A DNA stretch of 64,000 nt from Frankiaceae bacterium. GTDB taxonomy: Bacteria; Actinomycetota; Actinomycetes; BP-191. The notes beneath the pieces are model-generated. The model ran no database searches. It saw nothing but the letters and a program-made list of their open reading frames with translations, and was not told the DNA's origin. Numbering within the stretch: the stretch's first letter is position 1; each line of letters starts with the position of its first letter. Shown here piece after piece: positions 36,981 to 45,193 of the stretch. The position numbers and the translations under genes were made by a program. The stretch spans positions 11,315 to 75,314 of the forward strand of contig DATLNJ010000033.1 in NCBI GenBank assembly GCA_035536815.1, read 5' to 3'.

Positions 36981-38486
36981 TCAGCACAGCAGCGACGAGG
37001 GGCCTGGCGAACCGTCGGTCCCGCGCGTGCCCGCACCACCGGCCGCGCCCACCGATCCGGGGGTCCTGGAGGACGGAGCGCCGGGTTGAGTAATCGTCCC
37101 CGTGACGCCGACGAACCCGCCGGCGCCGCCGTTGCGACCGATACCGCCCGCGCCACCCAAACCTGGCGTCAGGCCGCAACCGCCATTCCCACCGCGACCG
37201 CCATTGCCGCCGTTACCGCCGTTGCCGCCATTGCCGCCCAGGGCGTGCGCAGCGCCACCTGCCGCCTTCGCGCCTCCGCAGAGGCTGTTGCCGCCCGAGC
37301 CGCCGTTAGCCCAAGCGTCGCCTCCGTCACCTCCGCTGCCGCCGGCTTCGCCCCAGCCGCCGTTGCCGCCGCGACCGCCGTTGAGCAGCCCGCTGCCGCC
37401 GATCCCACCCCGGCCGCCGGCGCCACCGCTGCCGCCGCGGCCGCCGTCGCCGGACCACGAAGTGGCGGACCCGCCGGCACCGGGTGGGCAGCCGTTGCCG
37501 CCGTTGCCGCCGGTTGCGGTCGCCGTGCCGGCATGCCCACCGTCGCCGCCCGTGCACCCGTCACCACCATTGGCGCCACTACCGCCTGCGAGAGCGTCGT
37601 CTCCGCCGTCTCCGCCGTTGAAGCCGGATGAGCCCGATCCGCCCGCGCCGCCGAACCCGCCGCTGCCGAGGTTGCTCGCGCTGCTACCGGCGCCCCCGGC
37701 GGAGGTCGAACTTCCCGGCGATCCATTGCTACCGGTCACCGTGGGGTTGCCACCGTTCGTGCCGGTTGCGCCGCCGCAGTGCGAATACGGCGCTGCCGTG
37801 GTCACGGACCGACCTGCTTCCCCGTACGCCTCGGCAGCGCCGCCGGCGCCTCCACGTGCGGGAAGAGTGCCGATGACGGCCATGATGTCCGGTGCGATCA
37901 CCCGACCGGCGTCGCCTCCTGCGCCGCCGATGGCAAACGCCGAGCGACCCTGGGGCGCCGAACCGACCGGCGGTCGCGATACCGCGATGCCACCGGCCCC
38001 TCCATCGCCTGGTCGAAGCGAGCCCGCGATCTCGTAGGCGTGGGCCTGCAAGACGATGTTGCCGCCGTTGCCGCCGATCCCGCCAACGGCGCGGGGGAAG
38101 GCGGTCGCCGCCAGACCTGCGCCACCGTCACCAGCCCGAATCGTGGCGCCCTTGGCGACGACGATGCGCGCGGCCGTCAAGGCGATCGGAATGCCAGGGA
38201 GCCCTGCTCGCGCAGGTTCCGCGACCACGGCTCCGGTGACTGTGATCGTCCCGCTGCTCCGAATGGTGAGCGACGCGCCGTCCGACAGCCGCAACATCCC
38301 CCGAATCACGACGTCCGTTGCGGCGTCGATCACCATGGGCGCATCGACGTACCTGACGTCCCCCGCGGGGACGACGACCTGTGCGCTGAGCGCGTGCGAC
38401 GAGGCCCCTGGCCACACTGCCATGGCCGTCGCGACGAGCGTTACAATCCGAAACGTCGGTCTCGTGGGCTGACGGACGGTCTTCAT
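36981..38486 (-). CDS. secreted glycine-rich repeat protein (PGRS-like GGxGG arrays)
   Basis: Start MKTVRQPTRPTFRIVTLVATAMAVWPGASSHA. About 150 aa beta-helix-like N-domain, then roughly 300 aa of GGAGG/GGNGG/GGDGG repeats. Ends in Cys. Confidence 0.7.
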   Translation of the reverse strand: MKTVRQPTRPTFRIVTLVATAMAVWPGASSHALSAQVVVPAGDVRYVDAPMVIDAATDVVIRGMLRLSDGASLTIRSSGTITVTGAVVAEPARAGLPGIPIALTAARIVVAKGATIRAGDGGAGLAATAFPRAVGGIGGNGGNIVLQAHAYEIAGSLRPGDGGAGGIAVSRPPVGSAPQGRSAFAIGGAGGDAGRVIAPDIMAVIGTLPARGGAGGAAEAYGEAGRSVTTAAPYSHCGGATGTNGGNPTVTGSNGSPGSSTSAGGAGSSASNLGSGGFGGAGGSGSSGFNGGDGGDDALAGGSGANGGDGCTGGDGGHAGTATATGGNGGNGCPPGAGGSATSWSGDGGRGGSGGAGGRGGIGGSGLLNGGRGGNGGWGEAGGSGGDGGDAWANGGSGGNSLCGGAKAAGGAAHALGGNGGNGGNGGNGGRGGNGGCGLTPGLGGAGGIGRNGGAGGFVGVTGTITQPGAPSSRTPGSVGAAGGAGTRGTDGSPGPSSLLC

Positions 38487-38839
38487 CGGTTCCCTTCTCC
38501 CTAGCTGGTAGTCGTTGCCTCGGCGGGTGGTGTTCCGGCGCGGCACGCGCCGGGGGTCGCCGGGTCTAGGTGGGACGGTGGGTCGCCGGCGTCGGCAGAG
38601 CATCGTTCGCAAAGGCCGCTTCGCGGCTCTTCGCGGTGCCATTGCCAGAAGGCCTAGAAGTCGTGTTCGGGGCTGCCGTTTCGACAGTGCGGGATCGCGT
38701 TGTACGAGCTCGACCTCTGGGCCGCCATCCCACGCAGTGACACTCGGGCCGTTAGACCGGACGGGCTCGACGGCCGGCAGATCACGCGGGTGCGCGTGAC
38801 GCCGTTGAGAGGTCGTTCTGCCGGCCGACGACCCCTGTG

Positions 38840-39382
38840 CTAAGGCTGCGGCGTGCAGACGAGACCGGGAGCGTCAAGGGTCCAGATCAACTCGCCCGGG
38901 ACGTACGTGCCGTTCGCGTAGATCGTCGAGCGGCCCCAGGTCGAGTTCGTGTCGACCTCGAGGTAGATCCCGGTGTTCCAGGTCTGGTCGAGGTCCACGA
39001 GGGCGAAGGTGTTCGTCGCCGTGCCGGGCTGCAGCAGCGCGTACTCGAAGTGGAACTCCGCCTCGAACCAGCCGAACGCGCTGCAGTTGAACCTCGAAAT
39101 GGTGGCGCCGTTGAGGGTGAGCGCGAACGTCGCGCCGGTGCCCGTGCAGCCGTAGGCGCTGCCTTCGATTGTCAGCGTCGCCTTCTTGGCCAGCGGGTCC
39201 TTCACGAGCGGACCGTCGAGAGTCTTCCGCGCGATGTCGTCGACGTAGTCGAAGTCGGCGCTTTGGTTCGACCGGTTGTCGTGGTAGCGGCTGACGCAGG
39301 CGTCGGCCGCACCGGCGAGCAGCATGAGGAATGCACCGGCGAGCGGCACGACGACCGTGCGTCGGATGGCCTGGGCGAGCAT
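38840..39382 (-). CDS. secreted hypothetical protein
   Basis: Signal peptide VVVPLAGAFLMLLAGAADA. Beta-rich. No family recognised. Confidence 0.5.
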   Translation of the reverse strand: MLAQAIRRTVVVPLAGAFLMLLAGAADACVSRYHDNRSNQSADFDYVDDIARKTLDGPLVKDPLAKKATLTIEGSAYGCTGTGATFALTLNGATISRFNCSAFGWFEAEFHFEYALLQPGTATNTFALVDLDQTWNTGIYLEVDTNSTWGRSTIYANGTYVPGELIWTLDAPGLVCTPQP

Positions 39383-39574
39383 GGAGTCTCTCCTGACGTC
39401 GATGGCCCGCGGCGCGGGCCGTTGTCAGGTACACGGACGGGAGCACGAGAGTGTTATGCGGTCTCGCGGCCGGCGTCCGGTCGGTGTCGACGTGCTCCCC
39501 GGGTCCGCAGAGCGCAGACTGGGCATGCGCGCCGCGCGTGAACGTCGCACGCCGGTTCGGGTAATGGCGGCGAG

Positions 39575-40219
39575 CTACTTCCCGACGGGGATGCAGGCCT
39601 TCTTGCCGAGTGTGTAGCGGATCTCACCGCGGCCGGTGTCGACGATCTGGGTCAAGCCCATCACGACGTCGGTGGGGACGTGCCGACCGGCCTCGCCCCA
39701 CAGCCGGCGCACCCGCATGCCGCTGCGAATCTCGATCTCGCGGGGCGCGAATGCCTTGTAGGGCACCCACACGCGGATCGACGCGCCCGCGACCTTGCCC
39801 TTGGCGGGCACCGCCCAGAGCATCGCGGCGTTGTCCGACTCCGGATTGCGGAACTCCCCGGCAAAGAACGTGGCGTTGCCGAGCGGGTCAAGGGTGGCGA
39901 CGAACCCGACGAACGGCCCCTCGACCAGGGAACCGGTTCCGATGTCGGCGATGACCGAGTAGCCGCGGCCGGTCGGCGCCAGCGGGTCGGTGTTCGCCAG
40001 CGACGTGAGCGTGATCTGAGCCGTGAGCGTTGTCTTGTTGCCGGCGATGTCACCCCGCCGTACGTCGAGCTGGTCGTCCGGGATGCCGGCGTATGGCCAC
40101 AGGTCGTAGACGTCCCCCGCCCGATCCGCGAACGCCGGGCATACCACCGCCGCCGCGTGCGCCCCGGCGCACGGAACCACCAGCAGCGCGGTCGCGACGG
40201 CCGCGCGCGCTGCCCTCAT
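39575..40219 (-). CDS. secreted hypothetical protein
   Basis: Start MRAARAAVATALLVVPCAGAHA. The remainder of ORF 39575..40570 upstream is discarded. Confidence 0.5.
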   Translation of the reverse strand: MRAARAAVATALLVVPCAGAHAAAVVCPAFADRAGDVYDLWPYAGIPDDQLDVRRGDIAGNKTTLTAQITLTSLANTDPLAPTGRGYSVIADIGTGSLVEGPFVGFVATLDPLGNATFFAGEFRNPESDNAAMLWAVPAKGKVAGASIRVWVPYKAFAPREIEIRSGMRVRRLWGEAGRHVPTDVVMGLTQIVDTGRGEIRYTLGKKACIPVGK

Positions 40220-40351
40220 ATCTCCCTCGCTTCCCCCTCGGATCCTTGGGTGTGTACCTTTCGAGACCGCGCGTCGCGGCCCTGCGTAACAGGTGAAGGT
40301 CCTCTCCGTGTTACGGAACGAAGGCTCGACGCGAAGGACGGAGGCGGGGGC

Positions 40352-42394
40352 ATGGGGGAATTGTGCCGCGGCGGTGATTACGCCGCGTTCGACCGGACGT
40401 ACCGGACGCGGGTACGCGGCCTCGCCGTGCGTCTCGTCGGCGACGCGGAGGCCGACGACCTCACGCAGGAGGTGATGCTGCGGGCCGCGCGGCAGCTCGC
40501 GGAGAACGGGTACGACAGCGAGCCGTGGTCGTGGCTCGCGATCGTCTGCCGCCGGTTGGCGATCGACCACGTCCGGCGAACGGCGCGGACGATGGTCGTC
40601 GCGGACGAGGAGCTGGCGGACGCGGTCGGCGCCGCCCCCGACGACCCGTCGGACGCCGCCATCCGGGCCGATGCCCGGCGCCGTCTCTCCGGCGCGTTGC
40701 AGCGGCTACCGGCGACTGACCGGACCATCCTCGTCCGGCACGAGGTCGACGGCGCGACCGCGGCATCGCTCGCCGCGTCGCTCGGCGTCTCCGGGAACGC
40801 GATGCGGCAACGGCTCTTTCGCGCCCGCCGCTCGCTCGCCGCGCACTACCAGCAGCTCGGCGGCCACAGCCTCGGGGTCGTCGTGGGCCGGATGCGGTCC
40901 GCGGTCGTGGAACGGGTGCCGCGGCGGCTGCTCGACGGACCGGTGCTGGAGGGTCGCGGTCGCGGTGTCATCGCCACGCTGGCCGTCGTCGGCTCGATGT
41001 CGATCGGCGTCGCGCCGTCCGCACCGTCCGCACCGGACACCCCTGCGCCCCGGCCCGCCGCGAGCCGGCCCTCCCCACCGCCGCGTGAGCGGCCGCTACG
41101 CGCGGCCGAGCAGGCGCTCGCCGGCGTGACCAGGTTGGTGCCGGTGCCGTCGGCGGTGCCCGCTCCGACCGTGCCGGCCGAACCGCTGCGCTGGACCCGG
41201 CACTCCGGCCCGGCGCCCGAGCCCCGGTACTGGGCGGCCGCTGCCAACGACGCCGGCCAGCAGGAGACCGTGCTGTTCGGCGGCCGGGACGACGCCGGCG
41301 TGTTCGGCGACACCTGGGTCTGGGACGGCGCGAGGTGGACCAGGCGAACGCCCGAACGTAGCCCGTCGGCGCGGCACGGGGCCACGATGGCGTACGACCG
41401 GGCGCGCGGGGAGATCGTGCTGTTCGGTGGACGCGCGGCCGCCGGTCAGTTCCTCAACGACACGTGGGTGTGGGATGGCGAGACGTGGACGCAACGGCTG
41501 CCGATCGTCGCGCCGCGGCCCCGCGCGCGGGCCACGATGGGTTACGACCCAGTCGCCGGGACAGTGCTGCTGTTCGGCGGTGAGGACAACGGTGCCTTCT
41601 CCGACACCTGGACCTGGAACGGCACGACGTGGTCCCAAGTCACCACCGCCACCGGACCGCTGGGCCGGTTCGGCGCCATGCTCGCGTACGACCCCGCCGC
41701 GGGACAGCTCCTGCTCAGTGGCGGTCAAGATGCCTGGCAGTACTACGACGCCTGGTCGTGGACCGGGACCGGATGGCGGCCGCTGCTTCCGAACGTCCCG
41801 CCGGACGATCTCCGCCCGCACCTGCACGTCGCGCCACTCGCCGATGCCGTGGTCACGTTCGACGGGCCGCGGGCTTGGGTGTGGACCGGCGCGCTGTGGC
41901 GGCCCGCGCCGGCCAGTGGCGGGCCGCAGCCCCGCCCGTACGCCGTTGCCGCCTACGACGTCGCCCGGTCCGAGATCGTGTTCTTCGGCGGCTGGGGTGG
42001 AAACGGCGCTCACGGCGACACGTGGACGGCGACGTTCGGCCGCCGGATCTCCCGCGAGCGCGACGACCGCAGCGTTCCGGTGTCCGTCTTCACGACGGAA
42101 GGCGGGGCGCGACTGTCACCGGGCGAGGTGCTGCGCGGCCGGACCAACGACGCCGGCCGCGGCGTCGCCGTGGTGTACGTCGTGTTCACCCCGATCCTCG
42201 GTAACTCGGCGGTGGCGGGCGGCGCGGTCACGGTCATGGCAACGCTGACCTGCGCCCGTCCCACGACGTGTACGTGGACCGTCGCCCCGCCGGACCGCGT
42301 GGGTACCTACCTCGCGACCGCGAGGGCGACCGACCGGGCGGGCCACACCGAGGCGCACGGCCCGGCCATCCGCTTCACCCGCAACGCGATCTGA
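40352..42394 (+). CDS. ECF sigma factor fused to a TM segment and Kelch beta-propeller plus Ig-like C-terminus
   Basis: Region 2 DLTQEVMLRAA, region 4 LPATDRTILVRHEVDGATAASLAASLGVSGNAMRQRLFRARRSL, TM VIATLAVVGSMSIGVAP, Pro-rich linker, then 5-6 repeats of the form VLFGG...DTWVWDG..W. Confidence 0.75.
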   Translation: MGELCRGGDYAAFDRTYRTRVRGLAVRLVGDAEADDLTQEVMLRAARQLAENGYDSEPWSWLAIVCRRLAIDHVRRTARTMVVADEELADAVGAAPDDPSDAAIRADARRRLSGALQRLPATDRTILVRHEVDGATAASLAASLGVSGNAMRQRLFRARRSLAAHYQQLGGHSLGVVVGRMRSAVVERVPRRLLDGPVLEGRGRGVIATLAVVGSMSIGVAPSAPSAPDTPAPRPAASRPSPPPRERPLRAAEQALAGVTRLVPVPSAVPAPTVPAEPLRWTRHSGPAPEPRYWAAAANDAGQQETVLFGGRDDAGVFGDTWVWDGARWTRRTPERSPSARHGATMAYDRARGEIVLFGGRAAAGQFLNDTWVWDGETWTQRLPIVAPRPRARATMGYDPVAGTVLLFGGEDNGAFSDTWTWNGTTWSQVTTATGPLGRFGAMLAYDPAAGQLLLSGGQDAWQYYDAWSWTGTGWRPLLPNVPPDDLRPHLHVAPLADAVVTFDGPRAWVWTGALWRPAPASGGPQPRPYAVAAYDVARSEIVFFGGWGGNGAHGDTWTATFGRRISRERDDRSVPVSVFTTEGGARLSPGEVLRGRTNDAGRGVAVVYVVFTPILGNSAVAGGAVTVMATLTCARPTTCTWTVAPPDRVGTYLATARATDRAGHTEAHGPAIRFTRNAI

Positions 42395-42764
42395 CCGTGT
42401 GACACCGGGTCGCGTCGACTCGCGTTCCGTGCCGCCGCACATCACGGGAGAGAGCAACTCTTCCTGCGTCTGTGGTCGGTGTGCGCGCTCGCGCGTGCAG
42501 CAGTCTCGTGGCAGGCCGCGGCCGGACATGCCGCCGGTGGCGTGGGCGCCGGGTGGCCCGACCCTGGAACCTGCTCTTCCGTCGCTACGACCTCGCACCG
42601 GCTGCGCCGCAAGTAGCGACACTGCTCGCGGAGATCGACCGATCCGACTTGTATCTTCTGGGGGTAACGGGCCGGGGGTGCCCCACAACCCGTCGGCGCG
42701 TACTTCCGATGACCCGCGGAGACGCGACTCGACGTCAGCAGCCGGCATCGGCTCGGCCGGGTTG

Positions 42765-42804
42765 ATAAGCCCTGGGTCGCAGGTTCGTGCCCTGCCTGCC
42801 CCAC
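42765..42804 (+). repeat. attR-like tRNA-Met 3'-half fragment
   Basis: ATAAGCCCTGGGTCGCAGGTTCGTGCCCTGCCTGCCCCAC. No 5' half of a tRNA precedes it. Confidence 0.8.
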
Positions 42805-43040
42805 CGCCCGCTGGACCGCTCTGGTGGAGCGCCGCGCGGGCGAGGGCAGACAGGCGGCGCGGCGGCCTGCTAGGGTCAGCGACGTTGCTTACCAGTGTCC
42901 TCGCACGTTCTTGAACGCCCGCGGAATTGGTCGCGGGCGTTTCTCGTTTTCCGGCACCAGGCCGGGGGCGAGGTGCGACCACGGCGGCAACATCCGGCCC
43001 GCACAGTGCGGCGCCGGACCCGTCCTTAGGAGGACGCAGC

Positions 43041-43244
43041 ATGGCGCAAGGCTCTGTCAAGTGGTTCAACGCCGAGAAGGGCTTCGGTTTCATCGCGCAG
43101 GATGGCGGCGGTCCCGACGTCTTCGTGCACTTCTCGGCCATCGCGGCTGACGGCTACCGCTCGCTGGACGAGAACCAGCGCGTGGAGTTCGACGTCACGC
43201 AGGGCCAGAAGGGCCCGCAGGCGGAGAACGTCCGCCCGATCTGA
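43041..43244 (+). CDS. cspA: cold-shock protein
   Basis: [34 protein letters not shown] (RNP1/RNP2). 67 aa. Confidence 0.95.
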   Translation: MAQGSVKWFNAEKGFGFIAQDGGGPDVFVHFSAIAADGYRSLDENQRVEFDVTQGQKGPQAENVRPI

Positions 43245-43260
43245 ACCCTCACGACCTGGA

Positions 43261-43286
43261 AGGCCCCGGCGATCTCGCCGGGGCCT
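43261..43286 (+). terminator. hairpin after csp
   Basis: AGGCCCCGGCGA/TCGCCGGGGCCT inverted repeat, 17 nt after the stop. Confidence 0.5.
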
Positions 43287-43380
43287 TCGTCGTGTCCGCC
43301 CTGCCGGCCGAAGGGGCGCTGCGTGTCCATGGCCGGGTAATCCCCCGACACCGCGCGCGGCCCGCTGCGAGACTGGCGGA

Positions 43381-45192
43381 ATGACCGAGATGCGGGTGAC
43401 GGGCGTCGACGTCGACGGCCTGCTCGAGCTGCTCGGCCGCCACCTCTACACGACGCCCGCCGTGGCCCTGCGCGAGCTGGTGCAGAACGCGCACGACTCG
43501 ATCGTCCGTCGCCGGCTGGCGGACCCGGCGTTTCCCTGCGGGCGCATCGACATCGAGACCGACGTTGCACGCGGCACGCTGACGGTCACCGACGACGGCG
43601 CGGGGATGACCGACGCTGAGGTCGTCGACCTGCTCGCCACGATAGGCGCCGGGGCCACCCGCCTCGCGCGCGAGGAGAGCGGCGACGAGGACCTGATCGG
43701 CCTGTTCGGCGTCGGGTTCCTGTCGGCGTTCGTCATCGGCCGGCGGGTGCTGGTCCACACCACGCCGATGAGCGACCCCGTGACCGGCTGGCTCTACGCG
43801 AGCGCGGGCGGGCGGCAGTACACGCTGACCGCAACGGAGCCGCGACCGGTCGGCGCGCGGGTGACGGTGGAGCTGCAGCCGGACGCGCGCCGGCTCGGCG
43901 ACGCCGAGGTCGTGTCCGGCCTCGCCACGCGGTACTTCGCGCTGCTCGGCGTACCCGTCCACCTCAACGGCGCCCCGGAACCGGTCAACGACCTGGCGCC
44001 GCCGTGGCGCACGGAGCCGGGTGCGCCGGTCGAGCACCCGGTCGCGGCGACGCGGCGCCGGCTGGAGTTCGCGGCGCGTTTCGAGCGGCGGTTCGAGCCG
44101 CTGTGCACGGTGGACGTCGAGCCGGACGAGGACAGCGACGTGACGGGCCTGCTGTGGGTGCAGAGCGGCGCGACGTACGGCTCGTCGGACAACCGCAACG
44201 TCGCCGTCTTCGTCCGCGGCATGCTGCTCGACGACGACGCGCGCGAGCTGCTGCCGCGCTGGGCCGGGTTCTGCGGCGGCGTGCTGGAGTCGCGCCGGCT
44301 GACGCCGACCGCGAGCCGCGAGGACCTGCAGCGCGACGACCACTGGTACGCCGCGCAGCGTGCGCTGAGCGTGCGGCTCGTCTCCGGCCTCGCCGCGATC
44401 GCGAAGGAGCAGCCGGATGTCTGGCGCACGGTGCTGCGCCGGCACAACGAGGCGTTGCTCGGCGCCGCACTGGCCGACCCGGTGCTGTTCGACCTGCTCG
44501 CCGACTCGCTGCAGGTGCCGACGTCGGAGGGCGACCTGACCGCGCGCGAGGTGGCGCGCCGCGGCGGCGGGCGCGTGCACGTCTCCCTCGGGGAGGGCGG
44601 CGGCTTCGAGGAGACGGTGTTCCGCGCGATGAAGGTGCCGATCGCGATCGGGACGCGGTACGGCGTCGCGCCGTTCCTGCGCGAGTGGGGGCAGCGAGCC
44701 GGCGCCGCTGTCGTGGAGCTCGGCACCGCGGCCGGCGACCGGCAGGTGTTCGTTCGCGCCGGGCTACCGCCGGACGACCGCGCGTGGCTGGTATCGGTGC
44801 TCGGCGACCCCGGCGAAGAGGTGGTGCCCGCGCGGTTCGCGCCGGGCAGCATCCCGCTCGTCGTCGTGCCCGACAGGGACGTGGCGTTGAAGCGGCGGAT
44901 CGAGGCGGACGAGGCCGACCGGCGGATCGGCCGGGCCGCGCTCGCGCTCGCCCGCGCGCACACCGCGACGATCGACGGCCGGGTCGAACGCCGCGTCTAC
45001 GTGAACCTCGACAGCCCGGTCATGCAGCGGCTGCTAGCCGACCCCGACAGGGACGCGCGCCCGGCGGTGCTCGCGCTGCTGCGCGCGTTGAAGGGGCTCA
45101 CCGCCGGCACGCGCGGCGGCGCGGGCGTGGATCTCGACGCGTCGCTGTCGCTGTTCTCCGACACGTTGCTGACGCTGCTGGACGGGAGCTGA
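43381..45192 (+). CDS. HSP90/HtpG-like GHKL ATPase
   Basis: N-box ELVQNAHDS, G1 DDGAGMT, G2 GLFGVGFLSAF. 603 aa. Confidence 0.75.
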   Translation: MTEMRVTGVDVDGLLELLGRHLYTTPAVALRELVQNAHDSIVRRRLADPAFPCGRIDIETDVARGTLTVTDDGAGMTDAEVVDLLATIGAGATRLAREESGDEDLIGLFGVGFLSAFVIGRRVLVHTTPMSDPVTGWLYASAGGRQYTLTATEPRPVGARVTVELQPDARRLGDAEVVSGLATRYFALLGVPVHLNGAPEPVNDLAPPWRTEPGAPVEHPVAATRRRLEFAARFERRFEPLCTVDVEPDEDSDVTGLLWVQSGATYGSSDNRNVAVFVRGMLLDDDARELLPRWAGFCGGVLESRRLTPTASREDLQRDDHWYAAQRALSVRLVSGLAAIAKEQPDVWRTVLRRHNEALLGAALADPVLFDLLADSLQVPTSEGDLTAREVARRGGGRVHVSLGEGGGFEETVFRAMKVPIAIGTRYGVAPFLREWGQRAGAAVVELGTAAGDRQVFVRAGLPPDDRAWLVSVLGDPGEEVVPARFAPGSIPLVVVPDRDVALKRRIEADEADRRIGRAALALARAHTATIDGRVERRVYVNLDSPVMQRLLADPDRDARPAVLALLRALKGLTAGTRGGAGVDLDASLSLFSDTLLTLLDGS

Positions 45193-45193
45193 C

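Larger units (their letters stand above)
34904..42764. mobile_element. degenerate tRNA-Met-associated genomic island (no integrase detected)
   Basis: Bracketed by the 40-nt direct repeat. Visibly more A/T-rich stretches near 34.9-36.9 kb. Cargo is entirely accessory (secreted proteins, Gly-rich protein, ECF-Kelch fusion, toxin pseudogene). Confidence 0.45.

Noticed and set aside
34904-42764. Active prophage or ICE
   Set aside because: No integrase, excisionase, relaxase, replication or structural phage gene is present. Only the att-like repeat and accessory cargo remain.
42399-42914. 171-aa plus-strand ORF across the attR-like fragment
   Set aside because: It has no RBS, motif or compositional support, and it runs through the tRNA fragment and the csp upstream region.
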